Positions 13,278-25,705 of a stretch of DNA of 64,000 nucleotides are shown one piece after another (position 1 is the first letter of the stretch; the number at the start of each line of letters is the position of its first letter). Position numbers and translations under genes: made by a program. A model generated the notes under the pieces. That model did not search any database. It was not told the DNA's origin and saw only the letters and a program-made list of their open reading frames with translations. Source of the stretch: Yuukianura sp. NJ FZ-2021. Lineage: Eukaryota. The stretch is from assembly GCA_046563655.1 (NCBI GenBank), contig CM102290.1, positions 13,950,001 to 14,014,000 on the forward strand. Direction: 5' to 3'.

Positions 13278-13402
13278 AAATGTAAAATTTTTAAATTATT
13301 CAAACTGTTTGAAATAATTTGCAACCAAGAAGCAACACATAATTTTCTTATGAAAAAGAATACTGAACTTTTATTTACATTTTGAAGTGGATTTGGAGTC
13401 TA

Positions 13403-13417
13403 GAGGTCAATGACCTC
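13403..13417. promoter_or_regulatory. Perfect IR-1 nuclear-receptor palindrome (EcRE-type), copy 1
   Basis: GAGGTCA-A-TGACCTC inside the repeated spacer block; function inferred. Confidence 0.5.
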
Positions 13418-13740
13418 AAAACACAAATTACACGAGAATACTTTATTGATGGATGTAACTGGACTAAAACTACTAAATTCAATTATTCCTACAACAACAT
13501 TAACTAAACAACAAATTAACTAATCAAATTGAAACAGTTATGCAGAAGTTAGGTGCCATTATTTCATGAGTACGACGACAGGAGGAAAGGAATCGCATTA
13601 AAACAATTTGCATTCAGAATTCAGACTTAACAGACCTAAGTAAAGTAAAGTAACAAATTAACCTAGGTTATGTAACTTTACTACTGCGTTATAGGAGTAA
13701 CTAACAGAATGAGGTGATTTGATTGGACAGAATTTGTAAG

Positions 13741-14706
13741 TTATGCGTCGACGCAGCATTGTTCCTGGTGACGGAGCAAATTGCGTTTGTATCTGAACTC
13801 TGCCTGGCAACTGCCACAGCTAAACGGCTTCTCATTCAAGTGGATCCGAAGGTGGCGGGTCAAAGTATCCCTTCGTGCGAATGTTTTGTCACAGAACTTA
13901 CATGCAAATGGCTTCTCTCTGGAATGGACACGCTCATGAACAGTGAGGTTTGATTTCTGTATGAACGTCTTGTTGCACACTGTGCACTCGAAATCCTTCA
14001 CTCCCGTATGCATCTTCACATGATTCTTCAATCCAGTGGAACTGCTGAATTCCTTGCCACATTCCTTGCATGGGTGTGGTTTCTCACCAGTGTGGATCCC
14101 CATGTGGTACTTCAAAGCACTTTGTTGCTTGAATGTGGCAGTGCACAACACACATGCAAATGGTTTCTCATTCGTGTGTTGTCGCATGTGGATGTCCAGA
14201 CTTCCCTTCTTCACGGTTGCGTATGTGCAGAAGTTGCACTGGAATCGCTTGTCTCCAGCGTGGATTCTCAGATGCATCTTCAGATTAATCTCTTCTGTGA
14301 ATCTCTTGTGGCACTCCGTACACTGGAAACGACGTTCATTTGTGTGTGTTGCAACATGATTGTCCAATTTCCCTTGTGACACTGCAGCATAGTTGCAGAT
14401 TGTGCATGTGAATTTGCTTACATTTGTGTGTATGATGAGGTGTTTCTTGAGTTCTCCGTTTGACTTGAATTTGTTTTTGCAGTAACTGCATTCCACCAAT
14501 CCCTCATAAGTGTGACCTTTCATGTGTCGTATAAGTTCACCTTTCTGGTTGAATGTTTTTGGGCATCTAGAACAACTGAATGGTCGAACTTCCAAGTGAA
14601 CTACGGAATGTCCACGTAACGTTTTTGCATTTTTGAAATGCTTGTGGCATTTGTGACATTCGTACTTGTTTCCAGTTCCAGCGACATTTGACCTGTGACC
14701 TTCCAT
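13741..14706 (-). CDS. C2H2 zinc-finger protein ZF-A, 11 fingers; possible in-frame upstream exon 14823-15017
   Basis: Tandem CxxC...HxxxH with TGEKP-type linkers; the last finger ends HQEQCC. Confidence 0.92.
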   Translation of the reverse strand: MEGHRSNVAGTGNKYECHKCHKHFKNAKTLRGHSVVHLEVRPFSCSRCPKTFNQKGELIRHMKGHTYEGLVECSYCKNKFKSNGELKKHLIIHTNVSKFTCTICNYAAVSQGKLDNHVATHTNERRFQCTECHKRFTEEINLKMHLRIHAGDKRFQCNFCTYATVKKGSLDIHMRQHTNEKPFACVLCTATFKQQSALKYHMGIHTGEKPHPCKECGKEFSSSTGLKNHVKMHTGVKDFECTVCNKTFIQKSNLTVHERVHSREKPFACKFCDKTFARRDTLTRHLRIHLNEKPFSCGSCQAEFRYKRNLLRHQEQCCVDA

Positions 14707-15033
14707 GTTATCGCAACCAGGTTCCTTTAGTACCTAGAGGAAAAAAAGCATTCATACCCTCTTTTTTTCGCATTTGGGGTAGAAGTTACACTTCTGCACA
14801 AAGTGTGTCGTGTTTTCCTTACCAATTTGCTGTGTCCAACATTGAAGTGTCCCACGCTGAGCTGATGTCCAGTCAAATATGCACTTGACCTCCAGTGGTG
14901 TGACCTTGACCTCTGACCTTGTCTTGGGAGAGTGACACTGGAAGCGTCCTTCCCTTTCCGCTGCTTGTCTGCCTCTGACTGGACCAAGGCTCCTCTTCCT
15001 TCCAAGAAAACTGTCATGGCGTATTAAATTACT

Positions 15034-15190
15034 CACAAAAAACAGCATTTTTGCATCGACCAAAAATTCATAATTTTACTAAAAACTTTGTGCCTTGCAA
15101 ATCACAAGATTTGCAAATGGATCTCACATTTGCAGAACATTTCCTTTCTTACAATTATTTACATTTTACATAGTTTTGCAACAGTAAATT
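15034..15190 (-). repeat. Upstream block shared by the ZF family, also at ~17358-17410 (partial), ~25308-25460, ~28210-28375 and, inverted, ~62926-63062
   Basis: CACAAAA(A)ACAGCATTTTTGCATC...AAAAATTCATAATTTT...AGATTTGCAAATG...TTTACATTTTACATA...TTTTGCAACAG recurs 5' of each gene. Confidence 0.8.
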
Positions 15191-15352
15191 TTAATTTTTG
15201 TCCCTAAGCCCTTATACGACTCAGAATCATATCAGTACAGTCAATGTCTAAAACTAATTTTAATAACCTTAATTCAACAACTAACTTAATCATCATAAAT
15301 AGTAATAAATAAATAATAAAATAACTTAATCAAACTAAACTTAACGTTTAGC

Positions 15353-17068
15353 CTAAAGCGTACAAAAACAATTTTTCCCAACGGTTGGTCGGCGCATACG
15401 CACAACTCTGGAGCCAATGGAATTTGCATGTTTTCTCATGTGGATCTCCAGACCGCGTTTTCGGATGGATGCATATCACGGCTGTCTCTACAGGTCGGAG
15501 TATATGGACCCAACTTGAGACAGCTATCTGGTGGAGAAGCTGTGTATAACTAGTTGCCCCTTCTCTGAGAGGAGAGGGAGGCACTGCCTTGTTTTTATGC
15601 AGAAAAAAAGCTTTTGTAGGTTCGACCCCCTTCGATGCCGGAACAAAACGGAACCGAAACCAATATTAAAGTTTCATTTGCATTATAATAAACTTAATAA
15701 CTAATCATCGGAAAATAAGAATAAATCAGCAAAACCGTACCGTTTCGTCGGAACGAAACGGTATTGTGATACACAAGCAAGTTACTATCTATAATTAAAT
15801 TTTATTCCAAAATTTTAATTTATTTTTAAAAACCGTACCGTTTCGTCGGAACAAAACGGTATTGTGATACACAAGCAAGTTAATAGCTATATTTCAATTT
15901 TATTCTAAATTTTAATTTATTTTTAAAAACCGTATTGTTTCGTCGGCACGAAACGGTATTATTATACACAAGTAAGTTAATAACTATAGTTAAATTTTAT
16001 TCTAAAATTTTTATTTATTTTTAAAAACCGTAGTGTTTTGTCGGAACGAAATTAACTTACTTGTGTATAATAATACCGTTTCGTGCCGACGAAACAATAC
16101 GGTTTTTAAAAATAAATTAAAATTTTGGAATAAAATTTAATTATAGATAGTAACTTGCTTGTGTATCACAATACCGTTTCGTTCCGACAAAACGGTACGG
16201 TTTTTAAAAATAAATTAAAATTTTGGAATAAAATTTAATTATAGATAGTAACTTGCTTGTGTATCGCGATACCGTTTCGTTCCGACGAAACGGTACGGTT
16301 TTGCTGATTTATTCTTATTTTCCGATGATTAGTTATTAAGTTTATTATAATGCAAATGAAACTTTAATATTGGTTTCGGTTCCGTTTTGTTCCGGCATCG
16401 AAGGGGGTCGAACCTACAAAAAGCTTTTTTTCTGCATAAAAACAAGGCAGTGCCTCCCTCTCCTCTCAGAGAAGGGGCAACTAGTTATACACAGCTTCTC
16501 CACCAGATAGCTGTCTCAAGTTGGGTCCATATACTCCGACCTGTAGAGACAGCCGTGATGCATATGCGCATAAATTGCACTGAAATCGTTTCTCTTGCGC
16601 ATGCATCCTCATGTGTGTCTTTAGACTCCCCGCCAGTGTAAAATCCTTCGAACACTGCGTACACTGGAAAGGACGTTCTCTTGTGTGCCGTACATAATGC
16701 TTCTCCAAACTTTTCTGCGACTGCGCAGCAAAATTGCAAAATATGCACTTGAAATTGCTTGTATTTGTGTGTATCACAAGATGTTGTTTCAGTTCTCCGG
16801 CTGTTTTGAATTTGGATTTGCACTGTTTGCATTTAACCAATCCTTTGTGGGTGTGACCTTTCATGTGTCGTGTAAGTTGACCTTTCCAGTTGAATGTTTT
16901 TGGGCATCTAGAGCAAATGAATGGTCGAACATTCAAGTGGAGCACGGAATGGGAACGCAGAGTGTGTGCCGTCTTGAGCAGCTTGTGACATTGGTGACAT
17001 TCGAATTTGGCCGGGGCTTGAGTGACCTTTGACCTTTGACCTTCCATGTTTGAGTCGTCACTGGCCAT
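15353..17068 (-). pseudogene. C2H2 ZF gene ZF-B (6 fingers) disrupted in finger 6 by a foldback element
   Basis: Removing 15477-16557 plus one TSD copy restores RFQCNLCAYAS-IRKRGLEIHMRKH...CTL* (stop 15353-15355). The 195-aa, 5-finger product could still be expressed. Confidence 0.85.
15477..16557. mobile_element. 1081-bp foldback (near-perfect palindrome) non-autonomous transposon
   Basis: CACGGCTGTCTCTACAGG...CCTGTAGAGACAGCCGTG; arms of ~500 bp with internal ~97-bp tandem units; exact 8-bp TSD ATGCATAT (15469-15476 and 16558-16565). Confidence 0.92.
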
Positions 17069-17585
17069 CTAATATTGTAAAAAAAACATGAATTACTTTT
17101 TTGTTCTTCATCTTTTGTGATTCAACGATTTGTGAACGTTGGTGAAGCTGATATTCAAAAATGTTCTTTATCCTTACCCAATTTGACCTCTGACTGCGTG
17201 ACCTTGACCTCCAGTGGTGTTACGTTGACCTCTAACCTTGTCTTGCCGGAGTGAAACTGCAAACGTCTTGACAACTCTGATGCGTCTCCGTCCTTGCCTG
17301 GACGCAAAAACTGTCGTGGTTTCATAGGATATGACTCATACATGACTCACCTTTACCAAAAATACGCCAGTATTTTTACATTTTCACAAAAATTCCTAAT
17401 TTTACTACAATCTGAAACATTGTGACATAAAAACAGAAAGAGCAAACAGAAATGTAAAATTTTGAAATTGTTCAAAGTCTTCCGAATAATTTGAAAGCAA
17501 GACGCCACACATAATGACATAATTATAGTCGTCAGATGGAAAGAATGGTCAATTTTAATTTACATTTTGCACTGGATTTGTTTGG

Positions 17586-17598
17586 AGGTCATTGACCT
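17586..17598. promoter_or_regulatory. Perfect IR-1 palindrome, copy 2
   Basis: AGGTCA-T-TGACCT in a diverged copy of the spacer block (~17430-17680). Confidence 0.5.
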
Positions 17599-17678
17599 AC
17601 AGAAAGAAATTGCATAAAAATACTTGAGTGCTGGACGTCAATAGACTAAAACTACAAAAAATTATTCCTGAAACAAAA

Positions 17679-19097
17679 TTATTTTTTAACTACGTTTGCA
17701 TTATTTTCGTTACATAATTTGGGCAATCTAGAAACTGTTGATTCAAACTGCCGCCTAATTTCAAAAACGATAATTCCAAAGGCATTGGCGACGTTCAAGC
17801 TCTCAACGTCATTGTCAAGTGAAATGTGAATTCGACTTAGGTCTACGGAGACTCCAGAAGCTGAAAACGATTTAGCGAGAGTTGACAATTCTCTGAACGT
17901 TCCATCTCCAACTCCTTCACTTTCTCCACCAATCAGGAGCAGAATTTGAGTAAACCTTCGGTAGTCAATTGATTGATACGAAACAGATGGAATGCCACAC
18001 CTAGCTTCTGCGTCTAAGTTACTATCTGCTATGAAAATCCCAATACATGGAGGATTGGAGGTTTCTGATTGGTGCGTGAGGTCAAAGTAAGTTTGAATGT
18101 TGTACATCGAAACATCTGTGACGATCGGCAAACGAAAGTGAGCTCCACTTCCTCCGCGAAGAACTTTTCCGTCCCAGGGATCTACGGAACCTGTCGTTTC
18201 AAAAACGAATTAATTAAGAAAAAACAATATCAATCATGAAAATGATAGTAACGATGTACCTTTGGATAGTAAGGCAGTTCTACACCCTGCACCAGCAGCC
18301 GATCGTAAAATGGAGCCCAGGTTTCCAGGTTCGCGGACATTGTCACAGACGACCGTAAGTGGAAGTTTGGAGCCCTTGGCGGTCCATTTTGAAATGGTCT
18401 CGTTTGTGGGTTTTGGGAAGATACCTGTACAAAATCAAGAAATCAATTAGTCCGTGTCAATTACTTTACTTAAGAACGTAGTTTCTGGTACATTGGATTC
18501 CATCTGTGTCGTACCGATTACTCCCGGTGGAGTAGTAACGGAAGACCAAAGTTCCATTTGCTTCTGTCCAACTTTCTGAACCTCCACATCCTTGGTCATC
18601 AACGTACTAATTTTCTGAGGAACTTCCTTTATAGTCTTGAGCATGAACAGTTTTTCCATTCTGAGTCCAGCCAGAAGTGCATCTTCGATGAGTCGCTGCC
18701 CTTCCAGTGCAATCTTCTTCTTCTTGGATCCTCCCTTAACAATATCCGTCATTGTGGCGCTGGAAATTTGAAAACCAGAAGATAATCGTTAACTTTTGTA
18801 GCCTATACTTTATGTATTTAATTAACAAGTAAACTCAACTCGTACCACAAAATCCACTTACTTGAATGATGACGATGTTGTGACGTTTGGCATATCATTG
18901 ATTCCTGGAGACGACGGTACCTCCATTTGGATCCTTGATTTGTCACCGGGCATGGGTATTTTTTCGCCTGGTTCGTACGACTTCCTGGCTATCCGGAACT
19001 TGCTCGCCGTTGAATACGATCTCCATCCGACGACGTTTTCAATTACTAATTGCAATTGAGCTGCAGCAGTCGCTCCGGAACTCCAAACTCGTCTCAT
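17679..19097 (-). CDS. MRM3: Mitochondrial rRNA methyltransferase 3 (SpoU/TrmH family), 4 exons
   Basis: IALEGQRLIEDAL; VTTPPGVIG; VVCDNVREPGNLGSILRSAAGAG; DPWDGKVLRGGSGAHF; LLIGGESEG; VESLNVANA. Confidence 0.9.
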
Positions 19098-19955
19098 GGC
19101 CGGGGCTTGCGGTAATCAATGACCAATTATAGTTTAATACTGTCAACCCAATCAATTAAAAAAGGCAATTAATTGACGTAATTTAATTGACGTTTCTCAT
19201 TCTCTTCAACAGAAAATGTGCTCGGAAAATTTTGTTTACAAAAATTCTTTCCCGCCTTCTCCAATTCAAAATTGAGTAGAGTATGTACCTTTCAACAGCT
19301 GATTTGGATCAATTTAATTAATCACCGATTAATCATCAATTAGTAGAATCACGTCAATCAAAGTCAACTTAAATTAAAACTGATTACCAACAGTATAAAT
19401 TACATTATCAGAAACCAAGTATACACAGCAAAAACTGTTTTACTCTTTACTCAAACATCTGAATAATAAGAAATTATTATAACAATTATCATAATTATAA
19501 TAATAATTTATAGGAATTAGGGAATATAATCTCTTCGTATGCATACGAATAATTTTACAACCCTACGATTATTTATGGACAGTGCAACGGTACAGAATAG
19601 CTGTATGAAAAATATACAATCCAGCTTGTACAATTTTAGAAGAAGGAAAACTAGGATTTTGATTCTGAACTTTATCGTTAGTACTCATACACACTTTCGA
19701 AAAGTACTAACGTAAACCAAACGTAAGCTGAATACTAATTGAATAAGGGACTTAAAGTGTTAAGAGTGATAGTAGTATGACAATGACAAGACCGGTATAT
19801 AACTTTGGGCAAACAAGCATTAAATATTTCTGAATAACAAGAGATTAGGAGAAGTATTGCTGAAGTAATTGAGGCCCAAGTGGAACTAATCATAAGTTGA
19901 GCAAGTATTGTTGATTGTCCAACGATTCTTTGACGTTGAGGAAATCCAGTCTTGC

Positions 19956-21908
19956 TTACCAACCAAGGCGGTCGTGAATACTGCGCCGTGGAACCTTCCC
20001 AGCTGGAGAGTCTCCTGCAGCAGCCTTGCGCATGCTCCATGATGGCGACTGGAAGTCAGCGTTTCCACGATCCAACCAGTATCGGTCACCCTGCTCCTCA
20101 CTGTCTGCGTACATTCTGGGTGGACTGGAATTTTCAAGACTGTTTGAAGTGATAGTAGCTTCTGGACGGCGATAAGGACGACCAGTTCCAACTGCCTTGT
20201 CATACAAATCTGGAATGTCCGTACGACGCTGAAGAGTGACTGAACGTAGAGAAGCAACGCTTGCACTTGGTGGAAAGGTGCGAATCTTGGCTCTCTTGGC
20301 TGGAATCAAGTTGGCCCCTGGAATGTCGAGGTCAAAGTTCAAGCGTCGCTTGGGATTGTGAGGTGGTGACCCAAGACGAGATTTTGCCGGGATTCGATCT
20401 TCGACGAACTTGGAAGTCATTGACAACGCTGCTTCTGGATAATACACAGGAATTGACATCAATGGATCAGCCTTTTTCTTTTTCATCTTCTGTTCATATC
20501 CGCCCTTGGTCCAGACGCCTTGTTTCCCTATAGAGAAAATTGTCATTTGTGTTATTATGTATTAAAATGTATTCAGCTATGATAATAAATAATAATGTTC
20601 ACCTTTCGAGTTGGGATTTCCATGAGATCGATAGTAATCGCTGAATCGCTCAGCATGTTCCTGTTTACGATCTTCCTTCCTTGCAATGGAGAACAAGAAT
20701 CCTTTCTTCTCTTTAGTATCATGATCACTGGAGACATGGAAACGCCAGACATGTGACTTCGGCATGGGAATCTGCACCCATTTTTTCGGAACTTCCCGTA
20801 CTGCGTCGAATCTTTCTTGAAGACGTTCAACAGTCGGCACAGCTTCAACTGAGTCAGGGTTAAGCGGCTTCGTCATGCTCAGAAGGCAGCGAGCAGCTTC
20901 ATACTGATTTGGAAAGATGACAACGCCTAAGAACAGCAAAAAAAAGTTATAATGAAACTAAATAGTAAAAAAATGGATCGACAGACAACGTTTTACCTAC
21001 GACGTGACTTTTACTTACACTGAGCATCGTTGATCCACTCCATCTTCTCCGGGAGATGGTCGTAGGCACGGAGGTATGCAAATACATCAGACGTGCTTAA
21101 GCCGTTAACACCACGGATGAGAAGTGAGTCCGGGCGGTATTTACGTCCAACGTTGGCCAGTGATGGTAACATCAACTTGCCTTCGTACATGTCCAAGCTA
21201 AAAATTAAACAAAATTAGTTTCTTGTGGAATTGACACTAAATGAGCAGAATCGTACCTTTTGTATAGCTCGACTAGTTGATTGGTTCTTGGTAAGGTGTA
21301 TCGAACAATCGTTGCTTGCTCGTCATCTGCGTCTTCGGCTTCCAGTGGAGGCAAAAGGACACTTTGTTCAAAATAGCCATTGTAGTACTCTCGTACCTTA
21401 GTTTCCGGATCATACCGGATCTTGACACACTCTCCATCAATGTGTTCTGGGACGCAAAGGACGAACGTTTTGCCTGAGAGTTCAGACGCAGCAGTCGGAA
21501 TGTCCCGTAACTCTTCCATATCCTCGCGCTCTTCAGGCGAGTTGACTGGTACTTGAAGTGGAAGTTCTGCTGGTTGTGGCGAATCAGCTATCGGTGCGAT
21601 CAGGCGCCTGACGTACTCGTCAAGTTGGGAGCCTGCATCGGCATTGAGAGTTTTCGGATCATAGCCTTTGCCAGCCGGGGACTGTTCTTCCTGAAAACAT
21701 AAATTAAGTCCAATGACTATTTTTGAATGTCACTTCAAGTTAAATTGTGTGAATGTAATTCAGTTAGCACATAGTTTCATACCAGCTGATCAGTGTAAGG
21801 TTCCGGCGTTACTGCTCTCAATTCAGTGAAGTCTCCCTCTCCAAATGATACGTCCATTATCATTTCGTCATCTACTTCCAAGAGGGCATGCACATCCATG
21901 CCATCCAT
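19956..21908 (-). CDS. NCBP3: Nuclear cap-binding protein subunit 3-like
   Basis: RPDSLLIRGVNGLSTSDVFAY...MEWINDAQC RRM; ARKEDRK...SDYYRSHGNPN; RMYAD and SIHDRLG tail motifs. Start codon inferred. Confidence 0.85.
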
Positions 21909-23038
21909 TTCTAATTGCTCCGGGATTGATTGACTCCTGGACAAACTGTGTCCTGATAAGAAACAAAACTTTGACATTTGAACATAGATCTGCTCATATG
22001 TTTAAAGAAACCAAGCATATTTTTCACTGGTTATCAACCCGTCCATGTACGACTCTCCGACACTTTGACTCTTTTAACTAAACAAAAGTTATAGTTAATA
22101 TATACTTACCTGCGTTTTAATCGATGATTAATCTCAATTACCAGACCTTTGTAGCCAAGTTTAGAATGAGAGGCCGAACAGCGACTTCCTCCTACGGCGA
22201 TCAGATGAAGAATGAAAAACCGGAGTCCGTAGAAAAGAGGCCAGCCGTTCACCTACGGTTGAAGTAAGGAGTATGCAGCAAAGTTAATTCCTAAATTTTA
22301 GGTTTAGTGAAGCAAATGTAAACCCGTAATACCAACGCAACCTTTAGTTATTAACGAAAATGAAGTAAGTCCGAAACTTTCCTTTCCTAAACTTTGCACA
22401 GAAAACAGTGGTCTAAAATTTTCCCTTTCTAAAAAAGCTATCCACAACAAAAACATGAGTCTAAAATTTTTCACTGCTAAGCAGCTTTGCATAAAAATAT
22501 GAGGCTGAAATTGTTCCTTTGTAAAACTTTGCACAAAGACAAGAGTCCGAAAGTTTGATGCTACCGACTTTGTAGCAAAACATTTTTCACGCAAAAAATT
22601 CCAATGTTGTAACCACCACTGCAGGGTTACTGCAACCAAAATTTCTGAGCTGGTTGGACAAAAACTTCCATCTGCACTCCACATCCGAGTGAAAGAGTCG
22701 GGTAACCAATTTAAGTGTTGCTAATCCAAACTTTGAAGCAATTCATAGTATAAAATGGCTAAAATTCTATGATTTATAAGTAATTAGTTTTATTCGAAAT
22801 AATTAATTAATCATTTTTTCTCATGAAAATAATTCACGTTCAATACCTTAAAACATTTTTTGTCTCTTGAAATTCCAAACTGAAGACGCGGGAAGTTGGT
22901 AAACTAAATTTGTTTTTGTTTCTGATTTTCCGGTAATCAATTTAATATCGTGTGTTTCGTTATCTAAAGTTCGGATAAGTAATTAATTGGACTTGGTAGT
23001 TATAGGCAGTAATTAACTACGTTAATTACGTTATAGGC

Positions 23039-23549
23039 ATGGTAAGTAATTGGAGATAAGGGGTACAAACATTGTGTTTTAGTCTTTCATTGAATTTTGT
23101 TTGTATTTTTAGCTTTTCTACTCCTTCTTCAAGTCACTGATCAACAAGGAGGTTGTGGTTGAACTGAAGAATGACACATCGTAAGGAAGATGACACTTCA
23201 ATTAATGATTAATTGAACTGTGATGTAAGTTAATTTGTTGTTTCCCTCCTTCAGGATATGCGGTACACTACTATCAGTCGATCAGTATCTAAACATCAAG
23301 CTAACGGATATAAATGTCACTGACTCCGACAAACATCCGCACATTGTAATAATCAAGACATAAATAGGTTAAAAGATAAAAACATTTATTTAGTGTTTGT
23401 ACTTCAAGTTTCATTTTTGGTTACAGATGTCTCTAAAAAGTTGCTTTATACGTGGGTCCGTCATTCGTTACATCCAGTTGCCCGCAGAAGAAGTAGACGT
23501 AGCTCTACTCCAGGAAGCCGCTCGTCGTGAAGCCAAGCAGACTGTGTGA
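23039..23549 (+). CDS. LSM2: U6 snRNA-associated Sm-like protein LSm2, 4 exons, absent from the ORF track
   Basis: M|LFYSFFKSLINKEVVVELKNDTS|ICGTLLSVDQYLNIKLTDINVTDSDKHPHI|MSLKSCFIRGSVIRYIQLPAEEVDVALLQEAARREAKQTV*. Confidence 0.93.
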
Positions 23550-23978
23550 ATTTAGTTATTCTGAATGTAAACTCCATCCTCCAAGATCAAACTTGTCTCA
23601 TGCATTCCTTAAATCTGTAAGGACACACTCAGTTAATTACCTCGATTACCATAAACAAGCCAATGACTAATTAACAAGTTAATTTCTTACTTTCAAGTTG
23701 ACGTTACATTCATTTTTCGTTAAATTTCAACTTGAATCTGGTTCAATCTTCATCATCCTCGGCTTCTCTGCTGGGTTGAGGCAATTATATTATATCTCTC
23801 CAAAAATATCTCGACTAAAAATATCTCAAAATCCAACCTCAGTTTAATTGGAACGGAGATATTTTAGTCGATAAATTTTGTCAGGAGATACAATTGCTTA
23901 CGTAAGTCTCCATCAGTTAAGACTCTTTTGTATTAGTTGGCCTGGGAATTGATGCATGCAGGAGTGCAGAAGATGTTG

Positions 23979-25057
23979 TCACTTTTTCGGATCCACATTC
24001 TTGATGCTTAGGTTCTTGTTGTAGCATTCCAAACTGCACAGCGGCACGCCAGTTTTTGAGCAACGGTATTTTTTGCGATTCGGGCATCCGGGAATCCCGC
24101 AAAAAATTACTGGCGGAACACTGGAAGTAACAAAAAATTACTCATTTTCATGCACGTCGTCTACACATTGGTGCTTACCGTGGCGGTATGGAAACCATAG
24201 GCAGTGGATACTCCATTCCCAGCGGAAATGATAGAGTAATTGAATCGCTACGATTGATGTACAAGACTCCCTTCTTGTTCTCGACCTGCGTTGGTTCAAC
24301 TTGTACCGCCTCCTAAAAAGTTGGCAAAGGTTTAGATACTTTTGGTAAGGAGATGATTATTTAGTGGGTTACTTTTGGTGGCAACGAAGTTAAAGTAGAT
24401 GGCTCATCCTGGTCCATCGATACTGGCAAGTTCCCGTCTGCCGAACATGCTGCTGGTTCCTTGTCGACAGCTGTTTGGGTTTGCTGTGCTGGTTTGGTTG
24501 GCGACACTACCTTCAAGCTCGGTTCGGTTGAATTCTTCTCGGTATTGGATGAACAAGGTGGATCGACTGATAAGTTCTGCAATTTGCTGCACAGCGGCCC
24601 AGCAGTTGAGCGTGACACGGATAAGGCCTTGAAACCTTTAGTAACCTTGGATTCAAGTGTAGCCGTATCGAGGGATGCTGATGTTGATGCTGGCAGGTCT
24701 TTGGATACTGGTAACGGAGAAGTGGAAGATTGTCGATTGGAGTAGCGACTAGTCTTTGTCAACGGTGTAAAATAGTAATCATCGTCTGTCCATGCCCCAG
24801 CCTCTTCTCGCAGTTTTCGTTTTTCAGCCAATCGAGCCGATTTCTTAGGTTCAACTGTCTCCTTGTCCTTGGTAATACCGACTGCAAAAACAAAGTAATC
24901 AATTTAACAATTACGTTAAGCAAATTAACGCTAATTAATTAACGATTAGGGTATAAATGACTTCATCTGTTTCATTTTCAACCAACGCCAATCCAATGTA
25001 ACTTTGATTCTTACTCAGACACTTACCGCCGGAGGTTCCTGTGTTGCCGGAGGCCAT
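23979..25057 (-). CDS. INO80 subunit B (Ies2)-like zf-HIT protein, divergent, 4 coding exons
   Basis: Spliced C-terminus VLYINRSDSITLSFPLG...FCGIPGCPNRKKYRCSKTGVPLCSLECYNKNL matches the INO80B end; all three introns are GT-AG and in phase. Confidence 0.8.
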
Positions 25058-25705
25058 CGTGGTGTCAATCTACACAGCGATAGGATAATAATTGATAAGT
25101 AAATTTCAATTAACAATTGAGCTAATTAACCCCCTTCAGTTAGCTTAAACTCCTTTCCTGGTATGCCAGGTCAGCTAGGTCAACTTTTAGTTACTCGCCC
25201 GCTGTTTTGAGAAGTTGACAGATAGACAACTCTGCGACGCGCCTTTTTCAGTCAAACATCACGGATTGACATTGAGATTTCGAAAGAGACCAACGGCACT
25301 CATGCTTTCACAAAAAAACTGCATTTTTTACATTTTTGCAAAAATTCACAATTTTACAAAAAACTTGTAACCTCGCGGATGACAAGATTTGGAAATGGAT
25401 TTGACCTTCGCAGAGCATTTCATATCTCACGATTTATTTGCATTTTACGTAAGTTTTTGGAACTGGGACTTGAACTTTTTTAAATTAAATTCTAGTTCTC
25501 TTTCTTTAGTTTTGATTTCTCCAGTGTTAAGGTCAATCATTTCTAGTAACCAAACCTAAAAAATTACTTCCAGGAAAAAAAATAGAAATTGTTGAGAGGA
25601 AATTATTCAAACTGTTTGAAATAATCTTAAAGCACGAAGCAACACATAATTTTCTGCAAAGAATACTGAACTTTTATTTACATTTTGAATTGGATTTGGA
25701 GTCTA

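Noticed and set aside
14008..14379. Antisense ORFs over the ZF, SmB, KDM3 and Pvr exons
   Set aside because: Shadow ORFs of real coding sequence on the opposite strand.
15615..15640. B-box or tRNA T-loop-like GGTTCGACCCC in the foldback arm
   Set aside because: I could not build an A-box or a cloverleaf around it.
15731..16300. ~97-bp repeats with hairpins as a CRISPR array
   Set aside because: No unique spacers and no cas genes; these are internal repeats of a eukaryotic foldback element.
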